64,000 nucleotides of DNA, taken from NCBI GenBank assembly GCA_951406725.2, contig OX597825.1, positions 59,644,001 to 59,708,000 of the forward strand, given 5' to 3'. Within the stretch, counting starts at the first letter, position 1. Every line of letters starts with the position of its first letter. Below the pieces are notes generated by a model. The model worked only from the letters and a program-made list of their open reading frames with translations. It did not search any database and was not told where the DNA came from. Source of the DNA: Octopus vulgaris (Eukaryota). Positions 1-14,683 of this stretch are shown here, piece by piece. The position numbers and the translations under genes are program-made.

Positions 1-19
1 ATAACTAGAAAACAATAAC

Positions 20-323
20 TGGCTCTCCGTCGGTTATGACGACTAATATTCCAATTGATCTGATCAACGAAACAACTTGCTCGTAGATTTCAGTGGCTGA
101 GCACTGCACAAGCATAGGTGCTCTTAGCGTAGTTCTCAGAAAGATACAGCGTGGCACAGAATTAGAAAGGTCTTGCCCTTTGAATTACGGGTAAAACTCA
201 AAATTTGTCTGCCGAAAAGACACGAGCAACCCGAAATAAAGGGTCTTGCTGAAGAATACAACGCACCACCAGAAATCGAACTCACAATCGTAAGATCACG
301 AATCGACTACCCTAACCACTAGC
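20..323 (-). mobile_element. Decayed tRNA-derived CORE-type SINE (family C)
   Basis: Minus strand reads TAGTGGTTAGGG (A-box-like) ... GAGTTCGATTTC (B-box-like), then TTCTTCAGCAAGACCCTT (CORE-like). The tail matches the copy at 33943-34234. Confidence 0.7.
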
Positions 324-399
324 AATAACAACGGGGGGGTAAAAGGAGGAAGAAAGTTTAGAAGTATGAATGAGGTGATAGATCCAGAGCGGACAAGTT

Positions 400-860
400 T
401 AACTTCCTATCGAAGAGGAAAATACGAAACACTCTTAAGGTAGCTAATAAGAAGTGAAGGACTACTTAGAGAATATGGTGAATCCGAGCCCCTCAAAATA
501 AAGAAGAGAACGTAAGAACGATGAAATCAAATTTTGAAGGAAAGATAATTTATTTAACTTAAAAAAAAAACGGAATGAGGAGGACAACAGGATATTGCTA
601 AAGAATGGGATACGGAAGAGACCGCTGGAACAAGCCCTAAGGATTACGTGGATCAGGAAGATGATAGACCAGTGCAACTACTCAGCTAAGTTCAGAAAGT
701 GCAATGATTTAGATGGAAATATAGCTCGCTGTGTAAGCTGTCTAATGGAAAGGTTGCTTAGAATAAATACAAAATCTGCAGACATGATAAGGTTTCTGCG
801 AAGCACAGAAAAGCGTTATCAAATTGTGAGAAAAAGTATGAAAGCTCTATAAAACGATGA
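400..860 (+). mobile_element. Possible highly decayed L1/Tx1-like RT C-terminal remnant
   Basis: Only weak motif similarity: E-GG followed by EQALRITWIRK resembles GGLG...AL..KW. There are many stops. Confidence 0.25.
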
Positions 861-3859
861 AGCGAGGTTGTTGTACGCTTTAAACTCAGAACCCACAAAA
901 AAAAACAAAATAAAATAAATAGACAGAACAAACAGAGGGAGGCACTTTTTCAATAACTTTTACTTTGGTAGAAAGATACAAATTTGTGAAGGAGCTATTA
1001 TTATGTTCAGTTGACCCCAATTACTAGTACTAATAGTTCAATCCTAGGGAGCAGGTCAAATATGATCAAAATATTCCTGTTGGTTTGGCTTTAAAGTTCA
1101 AATCCACTTTGATTTACATTGTCTTTATGCACGTACCAAAACTTTGATTAACTGATCTTGCAAGGGTTACTAGCCTTGTCTGTTGTTTTTAGGTGTCATA
1201 CACACCTGAAAATACTTTTTTTAAATCAGTTGCTTACATGTCTCAATGAATCGAAATTTTACAGCGCATTGTATTATATAGATGAGATCCTACCGTACTT
1301 GTATTTTGCAGATAGACCTCTTCGTCAGAGAGGTCTATCAGCCATCTTCTTGATAATATCTAGGGTGCGAGTTATTGCTACTTACAGGATAACGTAACCG
1401 TCGGAGTGTACTAATTTACTCGTCCTTAAAGTTCAAGAAGCAGTACGAAAATTTCCAGTCATATTCACTTCTTTGAGGAAGCCTGGAATACAATTGTTTC
1501 CAGTATATATATGGTATTTTACATTATTGAGCTCTGAAGAATGAAAGGCAAAGTTGATATCAGCAGGTTTTGAATTCATATCGCAAGGAATTCCATTTTT
1601 ACCACTTATTCAAACAAGGAAGCCCAAGCCCAGGGTCCCCCGGATAGAGTGGAAAAGAGAGGAAGCTATCCTCAAACCAAGGATCTGATCCGAGAGCTTG
1701 CAACAGAGTGAAACCGCTAATAACATCTAAGTACCAGGAAGTGTTAAACTGAGTGATAGATGAATCTAAGAACTCTGAGTGTCAAAAACTGGTACAAATA
1801 TGGGAAAATGTCTCCCCAGGCATTATAACAATCCTGCCTGTCCACCACCTTAAAAATGCAGCTTATCATATTGACCCAAAAAGAATGAAGAACAACGTTG
1901 ATTTGAGAGAATTTGAACTCAAAGTGCAGAGAGCTGAAACATATTACTGATTCTGAAAATCCTTAGCGCAAGTATTCACAAGGAACCATCATCTCATTGG
2001 TAAGTAATTCACAGCATATAAGTTTTCATATCCATTCTGTCACAAAACATCATTGAACAACCTATGTAGATATATACTTTTCTTTTTATTATTTAAAATC
2101 TTTTCCTTACTGGAGTTCGACTGCTTTATATTACCTAAAAAGCTGCAAGTCATTCTGATTTTTACGAGTTGTTTCTACCCCTTTTTCTCGATAATATTCC
2201 AATTTAGATCTATATTACCGTTGTTCTTTCCATTTCGTTTGCATGTATATAGTGTATATACCACGATTTTGCTTATAGATTCCATGTAGGTGGTAAGTCC
2301 ACAAGGAAAACGATTTTAGATATTTTCCTTGAATATGCAAAATATTATTGACAATTTACATTTAATGTTATTCACAAAACGCACCACTGGCATTAATGGC
2401 GAAGAAAGTTTTACATTTTCTTCCTGCCTCAAGCAGTAACATTATGTCTTCTCATTGCTTAGGAATCCAGAATTATTTCCATTCCATTAGAAATTTAAAA
2501 TTAGATTAAAATGGAAAAATTCCTTTGTAATTGAAATTATTCCCCCTCCTACCAAAGAAATAAAAGACACAAAAGCAAAATAACGTCAAGCAAAATAGAG
2601 GAAAAAAACAACAACCAAAAACGAAAGTATATAACGATATTTTTTAAAGAGACCATACAGGAAGATTTGCCACCATTTTGACTACAACATTAACCAATCA
2701 TGTACAATAAATTCCATTATATATATATATATATATATATAGGTATAGATAGATAGAAAAATAGATATTCATGTATATGTACATATATATGTATGCATAC
2801 ATACACACATTTACACATCTATCTGTGTATTATATGCACAGACAGGCAGGTACACACATACACACACACATGTATATAAAGAAAGAATGAAGGCCATTAA
2901 TTGTAGAAGCAGTTGTATTGATATTTTAGATTGTTATGCATCATTTTAGTAAAAATTACTTGTCGTATTGATTTATTTTCTTTGCAATAAGTGGTTCTTT
3001 CTTTTTGCTTTTTGAATTTTCCATAGATTTATGCAAATTTAGACATGTCGTAATATGAGAATTGAGAGTAAGTACGTTTAGACTTGGTTGCCTCTGCCCC
3101 CATCTTTTCATCTAAATATTCTGTTGTGATTGTGATATGAGAATAGTTGAGAATAGATGAGAATAAATGTGAATATATCTAAGAACAGACGAGAATAAAT
3201 GAAAATATATTTGTTAAATGAAGAAAAAGGTGAATTATCGAACAGACATAACAGTATTTGTTGTGAGGTAGACTTAGAATGTTTCCCTGGTTAACACCCG
3301 ACCCCTGGGTCTTGTTTCGTTCTGGATAGTTGACTCTATTGCAAGTCGTTGAGATTACGTTGTGACCATTCTCCTCCATATTAGGGAAGATATTGCCTTG
3401 ATGATGTTAAAGCTGGTCATCAGTCGATGAAGACCCCAGAATACTAAAGCTGCAGTCCTCCTTCCTCTTTGTAACATATTTTTAACATTAAAAAGAAAAT
3501 ATAGAAAGGTGAATTTAATATTGATGTGCATGCTGTTAAGAGCATGGTGGGGAGAGACAATGCAGAGGTAATACACGATACCGATACCCTGACAAATATG
3601 TGACAACACTTACTGGCACTATCCTTTACCGACAAACTTATAAAAAACACAAAGGAAAAAATAATGATATTAATTCATAACCACGCAGTCAGCAATATCC
3701 AGCAAAAATCGTTATTAATATAATCTCACTGCACCTCATATCCGACTAGATATAAATTAAAAAGTAAATATTATTATAGGCAAGACTTGATTAGCCAAGC
3801 AGCGCAAATTAGAAGATTCTTATCAAAATCATTGAAATGGCTGCCAATTAGGAAGTTAC

Positions 3860-3918
<59 letters not shown>

Positions 3919-6213
3919 TATATGGGGGGCATATGTGTGTATATGGATGTGTATATATCTGTGTGAACGTATTAATATATATATATATTTATGTATATAT
4001 ACATAGAAACATACATATACGTGCATATACACTCAAGCATATTCATGTGTGAATGTGTGCGAATGGGCATGCATACATGTTATATACAATATGCATTACG
4101 CTACTTCATTAATAAATATTAATAGCACATAATTTTAGGCTAGTGTATTGAATTTGAGCTATTATGAAACTAGCATTGTACCTTCCATCCTCATCATTTC
4201 CTAATTAATCCATTATGCAGACACTACAATTTGAACCATGAACCATGTAATTACTAACAGACCAATTTAACTAGGTAAGTTGTCATCAATGAGTTACAAT
4301 CAGGTATCAGTACAATGGCCGTAGACAAATATATTTCTGTACATTATTTATAGAGAATATAATTTCAGAAACCTCATTATGAAATCATCAACATTTGTAT
4401 ATAAAATCACTAGCCTGGAATTTCATTGTTAAAGAAAATGTCAAAGGTCATTTTATTATGCGAAGGGAAAACAGAGTGATTGCTAATGTCAGCTTTTGTG
4501 TGAATATAGATTATTGAACCAAAAATTTATGGCCATATTACGCAATGCTGTTTATAATTCGTTCTTTACACTAGCTTTTCAAGATGGACGTTTTAAATAT
4601 TTCTAATACAAAAGCGGAAATTAATGGAATCAAAACGATTTCAATTAAAACGAAAATCAAGACAAAAAGATAACAAAGCCATGGAGAAGATAAATAAGAT
4701 GTTTTCTTGTTAAAAAGAGCAACTTTTTAGAAGGAGTGTGTATTAATGTAAAGGTTACATGAAGGGTGGTGACAATAAATGTTAATACAATTTAGGGAGA
4801 GAGTGAAATGTCAAACATATTCTATAATTACCCGTTAAGCTTCTTTTAGGGCTGACTGTACCGAATGCCATTTCAGTATTGGAAATTGTACTTGGATTAA
4901 TAATGTCAGCAAAGTTAAAATTAGTTAAAGTTTTCATGGAACTTAAATGTGTTAAAACAGATATAAATCATCTAGAACAGAGATCAAGATCAATAAAACA
5001 AGTTCTATAGAAATATAAGAGAAATGACTTTAGTTTCTGGTTCACTACTCAATTAAATTACGTAAATTTTATGTCTTCAGCATGAAGACAGTAAATATAA
5101 CTCGTGAACAGTTTCTGTTGCGAATTTCGCCCAGAGTTACCTAGCTGTGATAATGATTTAGCTCCCATTTCGCTGACATTAGAGGCATATCTCTTCCATT
5201 TTATATATCTTGTTTTCAAACCTTTGCCTGTCTTGAGGACCAAAACAATTTACAATCAGTTAAATTATATATCATGCTTCACTTTGGCAGCCACAAAAGC
5301 ACTGTAGGACAACGCAACACAAAGACACAGTTTACAGTTATCATGTAAAACAGATCCGTCTCGAAAATCGAAACTACAAACTAAAAGTCTCATAGTTTTA
5401 TGCTAACAATGAATGATTTCAGTATAGTTAAATTCTGACCTCTCATCCTTTAACTTTCCAATATTTGTATTCATTTCATATGTTTCAAGCCAAACTGCAT
5501 TTTCTGTGGGCCATACACTACGCTGACTACCAATGTAACTGTCTCATTTAATGTCAGTTTCTAAGAAACTAATATATCTTCATAATTTTTTTAATTAAAT
5601 TTCAATCTTTTGAAATTTATTCAAGGAATTTTATTAGTCAAAACATTCTTAATAGTTGTTTTTTATATTTTTCTCAACAAAAAGTTTAATAACTTCCCTT
5701 TAGCTCTAAGAACAGGCAAATAATGGCTTGAACTCTGCTTTTGAAATTCCACATGGTAATAACATGAATTTTCAGTGTCCTCATTGAAGTGACACCTCAC
5801 TTAATGACAATATTCCATATATGAAGAAATGTTCTGTATTTGTAGAAGCAGGTTGGTCGTTCTTTGATCTCCCTACTTCCAAAACGATCAACAATCTCTT
5901 TCTATTAAAATAATGGTCGGAAGAAAAACTTATGGACACCAGCTGCTTGAAAAATTAGTAGTAAAGTGCACGTTAACAAACAGGAGCTAATGAGCCAAAG
6001 AATTTTAATTAACTATAATTACAAACTTAGTGTTGAGAAAAATTCATTAAACGATTAAAATCTGGAAAAAAACAGTGACGGACTACATAATGGTGAAGTG
6101 CCGCATACTCATAATCTCTACTAGTGATGATGAGCATGTGGTTCAAACTTTTAGTTTTTGGTGTGGCTAGAATTTATTCGTTTCTAGATTTAATGAAGTA
6201 TCCAAAAAATGTA

Positions 6214-6779
6214 TTGGGTTGTCCAGAAAAGTTCGTGCCGATTTACAATAGCTTACCTTTCGACTTATTTTAGAACATAGTTGAGTCCATAAAATTGGAT
6301 TTGACTACACCTCCATTTAGAGCACAGTTTAAGCTATATTTTCGTGGAAGAAGGTTTATGTTCCTATAAGCTGTGTTAATTCTATAACCCTTTAAAATGG
6401 AAGAGAAGAAAGTTAATTTTCGGCACTTCATGCTTTGGGATCCAGACAAAAATTGTTGCAGCTCGTCTGGGATGTGTTACCCCACCATCCATATTCACCA
6501 GGTATTGATCCTTCGGATTTCCACTTATTAAGGTCTCTGGAGAATAGTCTTAATGGTAAAAATTTCAATTCCTTGGATGACGTAAAAAGATACCTTGATG
6601 AATTCTTTGCCATGAAACCATCTCAATTCGGTGAAGAGGGTATTTTCAAGTTAAAGGAAAGATGGAAATGCATTATACAAAAAATGGTTCATATTTGGTT
6701 GATTAAAAATGTAATGGCAAGTATTTATTAATTTCTTTCTTTCCTTTAAAAATCGGCACGAATTTTCCGGACAAACCAA
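6214..6779 (+). mobile_element. Internally deleted mariner element with both TIRs and TA target duplication
   Basis: TA|TTGGGTTGTCCAGAAAAGTTCGTGCCGATTT ... AAATCGGCACGAATTTTCCGGACAAACCAA|TA. N-terminus MEEKKVNFRHFML at 6397 is joined to the C-terminal WDVLPHHPYSPGIDPSDFHL (the YSPDLAPxD motif). Confidence 0.93.
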
Positions 6780-7427
6780 TATAAATGCAATCTGAGTTAT
6801 GAAAAAAGAAGAATGACAGCAGCTACGACGAATTTGTATTTCTTTGTACATAGATTAAATATTTTATTCCAAATCGCCGTATCAAAATGACTTATCTTAT
6901 TTTTCACAAAACCATTACACAACTCTGTTCACAAAACGCTGTTCATACATACGGACTTCATACATACGCTGTTCATACATGCAAAACGCTGTTTATACAT
7001 ATGGAATGCTCAAACTTATTTTACAATAGGGAGTAAACTTAACCATGCCTTTCCATTAGCAGTAGCATATGTTAATTATCCTATTTAGAATTAAAATTTA
7101 TAAACTGCCGTATCCTTAGATACTTTACATCTCCCCTCCAGTTGATCAATACATGTTGCCAGCATAACAACACAATGTAAATATGATCTGTCTTGTCCCG
7201 TGCGAGCTTATATTTTCTGTAAAGTAATAATTATTACGGTCTCTAATCAACTAGAGAAAGTAGTGGATACTGATGATGGCGTTAACAGAAACTAAAAGTT
7301 ATCGATCAGTCGACTTTAAAACTTTGTTTTCTCTTTTCACGACGAGACTATTACATAATTGCTAATTTATTTTCAAATTCAAATAAAACCCATGCACACA
7401 CATAAATAGACACACCAATGCCTATAT

Positions 7428-7511
<84 letters not shown>

Positions 7512-8258
7512 TTGAATGTGTCTGTACACGTAGTTTACACCACGGTTACCTATCGAACGATACTCAAGTCACATCAGCAGACGACCAGTCGCCATGTTTC
7601 AATTTCATTTTGCTTCCTCAGTGGCAGTCGCAGGCTCTGTCATTAGGAGCTTGGTAGTAACTTCTGATTCTATATATAAAGTAATTAGGAAATAATGTAT
7701 TTTCCGGTATTTGCGAAGCTTATCACACGGGAATCAATTTGGTACAAGCAAACGTAGCAGCGAGCATTAAAACAGAGGTGCTTATATATTTTTTAACAAG
7801 TTCTTGCACTCTAGGATATAAAAACCATTTAGTTTGACGTTAAACTGCAGTTGTTCATCCTATCTCGGCGAACGGCTACTGGACACTCATTATAAATATT
7901 ATTAATCTAAAATGATAGGTAACTCGACTGATATTTGAGGCAATTCTCCATATGCTAGTGGCATTCTGACAAATCTCTACGTAAGTTAAGTACTTTTTTA
8001 GAACACAGCGACACATTTGCACCTTTGCTGTTTTCTATCCGAAGTGGACCTACTCGTCTTATCAAAATTGCTGAACTTGAGTCTATAGTAGAAAGAGATA
8101 AAGAGAAAGAAAAGAATGGCAGGAATAGAGCAACAGTGAAAAGGAAACAGGCATCTATCTATGTATAAACGATTGTCCATGTATAATTAATCCTAATTAT
8201 GTACGTATTTACTAGCCAGAACTATAATTACATAAGCTATATAATAATTATAAGATTT

Positions 8259-8296
<38 letters not shown>

Positions 8297-8514
8297 AGCG
8301 CGGGCGCACGCATACACAGTTTTACAAAAATATATGCACACATATTTCTAGTCTGTAATGGGCGATTTCTCGCTCAATTCCACTTTGTAATGCCTACATA
8401 ATAGAGGATCAACAAGAAAATCCTGATGTCCCAAAGGTTGTTAACATATTTAAAAGCACTGCTAAGATAATTGGCCTAATTACTTCAAATATCAAAGCTT
8501 ACTGTTCTGAATAT

Positions 8515-8561
8515 TCATACATACATACATACATACATACATACATACATACATACATACA

Positions 8562-8595
<34 letters not shown>

Positions 8596-8613
8596 CATAC
8601 ATACATACATACA

Positions 8614-8693
<80 letters not shown>

Positions 8694-8700
8694 CATATAT
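8515..8700. repeat. (TACA)n followed by (TA)n microsatellite
   Basis: Direct reading of the sequence. Confidence 0.97.
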
Positions 8701-10270
8701 TTATGTATGTATGTATGAGGTTGTGTATATATATGTATGTATGTATTTATATATCTTTAGACCTTCGGGGAATCTATCCACATATTTTAAAAAATACACC
8801 AGAGGGCCCAATAAGACCATGGAGTCATTAAATCAACTCACAGAGAAGGAAGAACTGAGATATAGCTATCTAACCACAAGGAAATTGTAATTATCCTGTA
8901 ATTATAAAGTAACTCATCATTAATTAATTAGAAATTGTTAATTGGCGTTGTTTTTAATATATGGTCTGTTGGGAAGATAGATGAAAATTATGTAAAGATA
9001 ATTAAGATAAACAAGCTAGATTTTTACCTGTTTATTGCAATTAATTCCCCCTTCTCCACCCAAATTTAATTTCGAAATCTATTCCCAATATATATGTACA
9101 TAGACAAACACAGACACAGGTAGCCATAAGATATCACATATAAACACATACATGGACATACGTACACACACACAAACCAAACATACACACAAACCATACA
9201 CGCACACATAGACACAGACCAAACACACACAAACTAGATACATACACAAATCAAATATATACACGCGCATACACAGACCAAACACACATACACACACTAA
9301 GAGCGATAACGTTTTCGAGGTAACTCTAAATAGACAACCATAGAGCCAAACAATAAGAAAAGCATATGTCATATAAAACAACACAAATAGACATACACAA
9401 TCGTTGTTTACAATATTTTTACAGTATTTTTCTTTCTAATAAACAATAAAACATCGACAACGATTTTAAAACTTAAATAACATACAGAAAATTTCAATAG
9501 AAACTTAATCGAAATCAAAATATAATATAGAAACTCCATACCCGTGAACACTTTGTGAAAATTTGTAAAAGGCCAGCTTGTAATTAATTTGGTTTCATTG
9601 CACTAAACTCACTCCAGGTTCTATTCTTATTCCATATACGATTAGCAGCAGGAATGTTTTATATCTTACAAAGCAAAATGAACCAGATTTAAGTATATAT
9701 TCGAAAGGAGTACACACATACAAATATGTTTGGAAAATGGTGTTGTCGTTTATTTTGCAATCAGCTGAAATTTTAACATTTTAAGAGCATGAATAACGTA
9801 CTGTGTATTCTGATACATGGTGTGCTCCTCTGGATTTAAATGCTGAAGTCAAGTTGTACATCAAAACTGGACCTCTACTAGTCCATCGTCTTGCTTTTCA
9901 CGTCCTCAGTATTCGAGAGATTGTTGCCAATCCATATATACAGACAGCAACGAGGAGGCGGGGTGCGAAGGAGTAATCACTTCTGGTTGCAGGCATGAAG
10001 GTATATAAAATATCCTCTGGCCTATCATTCCTGATAAAATGAGGGGGCCACAAGCCTCTTTGACCACGGGCGCCGAGAATCTAATGCAACGCCACTGGTC
10101 ATTTGGATCGTTGGAAATTACGACGGGTATCAACTTTTTAAAATTTTTTGACAGAATTGTTTCTTTCATTAATTGTTTTCTATTTACTTCATTTAATTTC
10201 AGCTTTCGCATGAAGCCGAACTAAAAATTTAAAAATATGTATCTAATTTAACTAATCACTTTTAAATCTA

Positions 10271-10586
10271 TTAGGTCGTCAACTATGGAATTTGTATAAT
10301 AGAAAAAATAGTTTGCAAATGTTTTATAAATACAAGGAATAGTTTTATTCATCAAAGGATGCACCCATATTGTCAATACACTTTTGCCATTTAAGCGATA
10401 GCTTATCCAGCTTGGCAATCTAGAGTCAATATGTAAAAGCCTGGCAATCTAGAGTCAATAAAACTTGTTTTCCTATCAAAAAGTTATCCAAATTCTGGAA
10501 GAAGTGGTAGACTTTGGGGGCTAGATCAGGTGAGTATGGTGGATGATAGAGAACTTCCAACTCCAACTTCTGTAGTTTCACTAATG

Positions 10587-10589
<3 letters not shown>
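10271..10589 (-). mobile_element. Mariner 3' fragment with one TIR
   Basis: Minus strand gives LEVLYHPPYSPDLAP ... HFFQNLDNFL ... KWQKCIDNMGASFDE*. TIR-like TA|TTAGGTCGTCAAC at 10269. The 5' side is cut off by (TA)n. Contains a 19-bp local duplication TGGCAATCTAGAGTCAATA. Confidence 0.85.
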
Positions 10590-10623
<34 letters not shown>

Positions 10624-10867
10624 ATAAAGGGTGGAATATAATTAATTTAAATTAATCAATTTCACCTAGTAGATTTATCGGTATGGAAAAGACCATATTT
10701 GGTAAGGGTTATAATAATTATAATTAAGGGTAAAATGCAACAAGTTGCTCAAAACCACATACCGAAAATATTAGAAATAGCAGCCAAAATTGATCACTAT
10801 TTCCTCTACTTGTAAAAAGTCTCCACAAACAAACAGAATTTGTAAGCTGTATATGGCAAAAAAGGCA

Positions 10868-10923
<56 letters not shown>

Positions 10924-11890
10924 CAAATGAATAAAAAACAGGCGCTTTGACAGAAAGGGGTGAGAAAAAAAGGGACAAAGAAACAGAGAGAGAAGGAATG
11001 TGTCGGGATTAACAGTTTAACATGATGAAAAGTGCGTGTATAAGAATCTTTAGAGCGTCGGATAGACTGCTTTGCAATAGTTATTTCCTGCCCTGTTTGT
11101 GCTCGGAGTTCAAATCTACAGGAGGTCACCTTTGCTTTTATCTTTTTGGTGTCAATTTGTAACGTAGCCGTTCGGTACTGGGTAGATTCTTCTCTTTTTC
11201 TCAATGTTTCTTTCTGTCTGTTAATTTCACCTTCTGGAAGAAGTCGGTTGTGGCATAACCTGGAAAGGGATGAGCGCCACTGGATCTAAAAAATGCCAAA
11301 GGCGTCTCGTATATCGTGATGGCGCCCCTACGACGAGATCGAAATTTCAAGACCCAAGACAAAGCAAAGCAATGTGTGTACGTGAGTATCATTGTTGATT
11401 GCAATGTTCAATTTATTCGTTCAGCTGTGTTTGCACACACATATTTGTGTGGGTGGTTCTTGAATGTATCTATGAATGATTGTATGCTCGCTTGTGTGTG
11501 TGTGTGTGTGTGTGTGTGTCTGTGTGTGTCTGTGTGTGTCTGTGTGTATGTGTGCGTGTGTACATGCACACATATGTACATGCGTGTTTGTGTGTGTGTG
11601 TGTGTGCACTCCTGGACAATGAATTTAAACAGAAGATATTTACTCAGATGTTTATATCCCCGCATTTATGTGCTTGGATGCATATATATACATGTATTTG
11701 TGTGTGAATGTGTGTGGTGTGTGTGTGTTAGCACGCATATATGTGTGCATGCATGCATGCATATATGTCTTCCTATGTATATGGGCATGCAACACTGGAT
11801 AATAAAATTGAACACAAGGCATATTCATTTAGATATTCGTGTCTTGCACCTTTGTGCTTATAAGTATGGATGTGTTTACTCACATATATA

Positions 11891-11931
<41 letters not shown>

Positions 11932-14445
11932 GAGTGGGTGCTTGTGTGTGAGTGCTTGTGTGTGGGTGCTTGTGTGTGTATGAATCAACCTGGATGATGA
12001 GCTGTGCTGGGCACATATTTGCTCACATTTTTATTGTTGTCGTGTGTAATGTATAATTAATGAAACCAGCAATAGCTATTTCCATTTAATTAACTAATTA
12101 ATTACTTAATTATCCTCTGGTTTCATTTGCCTGCTACGTTTACAGTTTTATTGAGTATCCATATGCAAACATATTAAACAACATAACGATTGTCTTTGAC
12201 ATAAACTGCACAACAGAAAGTTTGGTGTAAACAACCAAGGAATTAATTCAGAATAACTAACACGCTTTTCAGACATTTACAAAGAGAATTTAGTTTCTGT
12301 TAATCTAAGATTTTGTTTTAATAAACTGACATTAATCAATTCTAGTAACTATCAAACAAATAACGAGAATTTCAAAGGAACTCATCCCGCTGAGGACGAC
12401 TTTTTCGTTTATCCTCCAGGGGTTGATAAAATAAAAGCCAAATCAAGAATAAGAGTCGATATAATCCGCTATGGTCAGTCATGCTCTATATCTGAGGGCT
12501 TGTGGCTATGCTAGAAAGTAACAGACGGTGGACTGGCAACATTGTGGAAGGTCGGTGGACTGAAAGAATCATCTGAGCTTTGGAAAGAATGTCTCTTATT
12601 TGTTTTGGATCGTTATCCTCTGTGTTGAAATTCCGCCGGGGTCAACTTAATTGTTCATACACACAGACATATATACGTATGTTCGTTTTTATGTATGCGT
12701 CTATAAATGCATTCATATATGTACTAATGTATGCATGTGTATATGCTTGTGTATTTGTGGTCTGCAGTAGTTCTCTGTATTTCAGAGGCAAGTTCGTTGT
12801 TATGGGGGAAATAAGAGTAATAAGAAAAAAGTGTATTAATATTTGAGGTATTACGTAAATGAATCTAATGTGGATGCCAATGTCAAAATGGTGAGATATC
12901 GAACAAGGTACCGTTCAGGAACACAGTAAATATCTTATACTTAACCACAACTCATTTAGAAGATAATCCTAATCTGTCGAAATCGTTTTCTCACCTTTAC
13001 TTCAGGAGGTATTAGCAAATTTGGTACATCGCTTAGCAATGTAAAGGTTTACAGGCATGATGTGTAATCAACCCTGGCGTTCATATTACAAATAACATAA
13101 TGCTACATTATCCCTACAGTTACATGCACACGCACTCGTATTGAAACATGTAATGACACACACAGACAAACATGCACAGAAGCCCATGCACTCGCATACA
13201 TAGCCATCCAGATCAACTCTCGAACAGACATGTTATACATTCATATGAGATCTTTCAATCGCATACACACATGCACATTCTAGTGCACAAACAATTTCTA
13301 GTGAATGACCCCAATTTAGACCCTGCGGAGATTAGTGTATGGGATTTGAAAATAGACGGAGATAAAATATAATGAATTTTCGTTTTCTTTGCCAAGTTTA
13401 GCGAACCTCGATCAGTCGTGCTCTCACTAAATTTCAATTTTAATTTGGATAAGAGACAAAACATAATAATGCTTCGGTTTTGCAAATAGTTAATGCCTTA
13501 TCTTAATTTATACTTGTCCTTTTATCTCTTACAAACGGTTTTGTGGTTGTACATACATTACAACCGTTTCGACAGTGTATGTGAATGTGAGTGTGAGAGT
13601 GCATATGCCTGTTTGTTAGTTTAGGAAACAGTCAATGTTAATTAATTTTGCTTCATACAAAACATCAAGGATTTTCAGACAAAATCTCATTAGCATGGTG
13701 CGAGATTGAGAAGAACAAATAAACAGCTTCAAGCGAATGTTTCTATTTTTTTAATATAAACTCTCTGCCTATTCATAACTTAAATTTATTCATCAGAGAA
13801 GAAACACCACTAGAGAGGCAATGGCAATGATAAAAAAAAATATCCTTTATTAGCTGTGTTTTATGCTTTCATAGCTTCATCGCTCTATCGCGCGTTTTCA
13901 TGCTTAGACATTAAAATAGATAATTAAAATAATGAATACGACTACCATTCCTTTTTTTCTTTAAGTTAGTCCTGAAAGGAAGACAGGATAGTACGTCATG
14001 AACTGATCACCTCCCACCACACACACAGGTGAGATTTTTGTCACTAATACCCAATCGAAACCTATTCAGATCAATGGCTTATGTAAACATTTGTGTACTG
14101 AGCGAGATTGTTGTCAGGTTAAGGGATGTGTAGTGGGAAAAGTGAAGTAAGGTGAGATCAGGCCAGGTTTGAATGCTTGCAATAGACTGAATTTCGTTAT
14201 AGACATCCAAGGATCATCCCGAGGTGATGGTTGTGTTAACCCTCTCAAAATCATATATTTATTGAAGAAATTATAAGCGTCAAATAATTGTAAATATAAT
14301 AGATGTTATGAAGTAGTTTACTCACATATCAATTTCAAGAGATATCATTTTTATATTCTGCGACTGTATCTTTCTGCTATTGAAAGGAACTAGATTTCAA
14401 AGTCGCTTTTCGTGTAATAGGTACAAGTTGCATGGGGTGGTATAA

Positions 14446-14683
14446 GGCGGCGAGCTGGCAGAATCGTTAGCACGCCGGGCGAAATGCTTAGCGGTATTTC
14501 GTCTGACTTTACATTCTGAGTTCAAATTCCGCCGAGGTCGACTTTGCCTTTCATCCTTTCGGGGTCGATTAAATAAGTACCAGTTACGCACTGGGGTCGA
14601 TATAATCGACTTAATCCGGTTATCTGTCCTTGTTTGTCCTCCCTGTGTTTAGCCCCTTGTGGGTAGTAAAGAAATAGGTATTT
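14446..14683 (+). mobile_element. tRNA-related SINE (family K), well-preserved monomer
   Basis: GGCGGCGAGCTGGCAGAATCGTTAGC ... GAGTTCAAATTCC (B-box) ... GGGGTCGATTAAATAAGTACCAGTT. Nearly the same sequence occurs at 44030-44267 on the minus strand. Confidence 0.9.
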
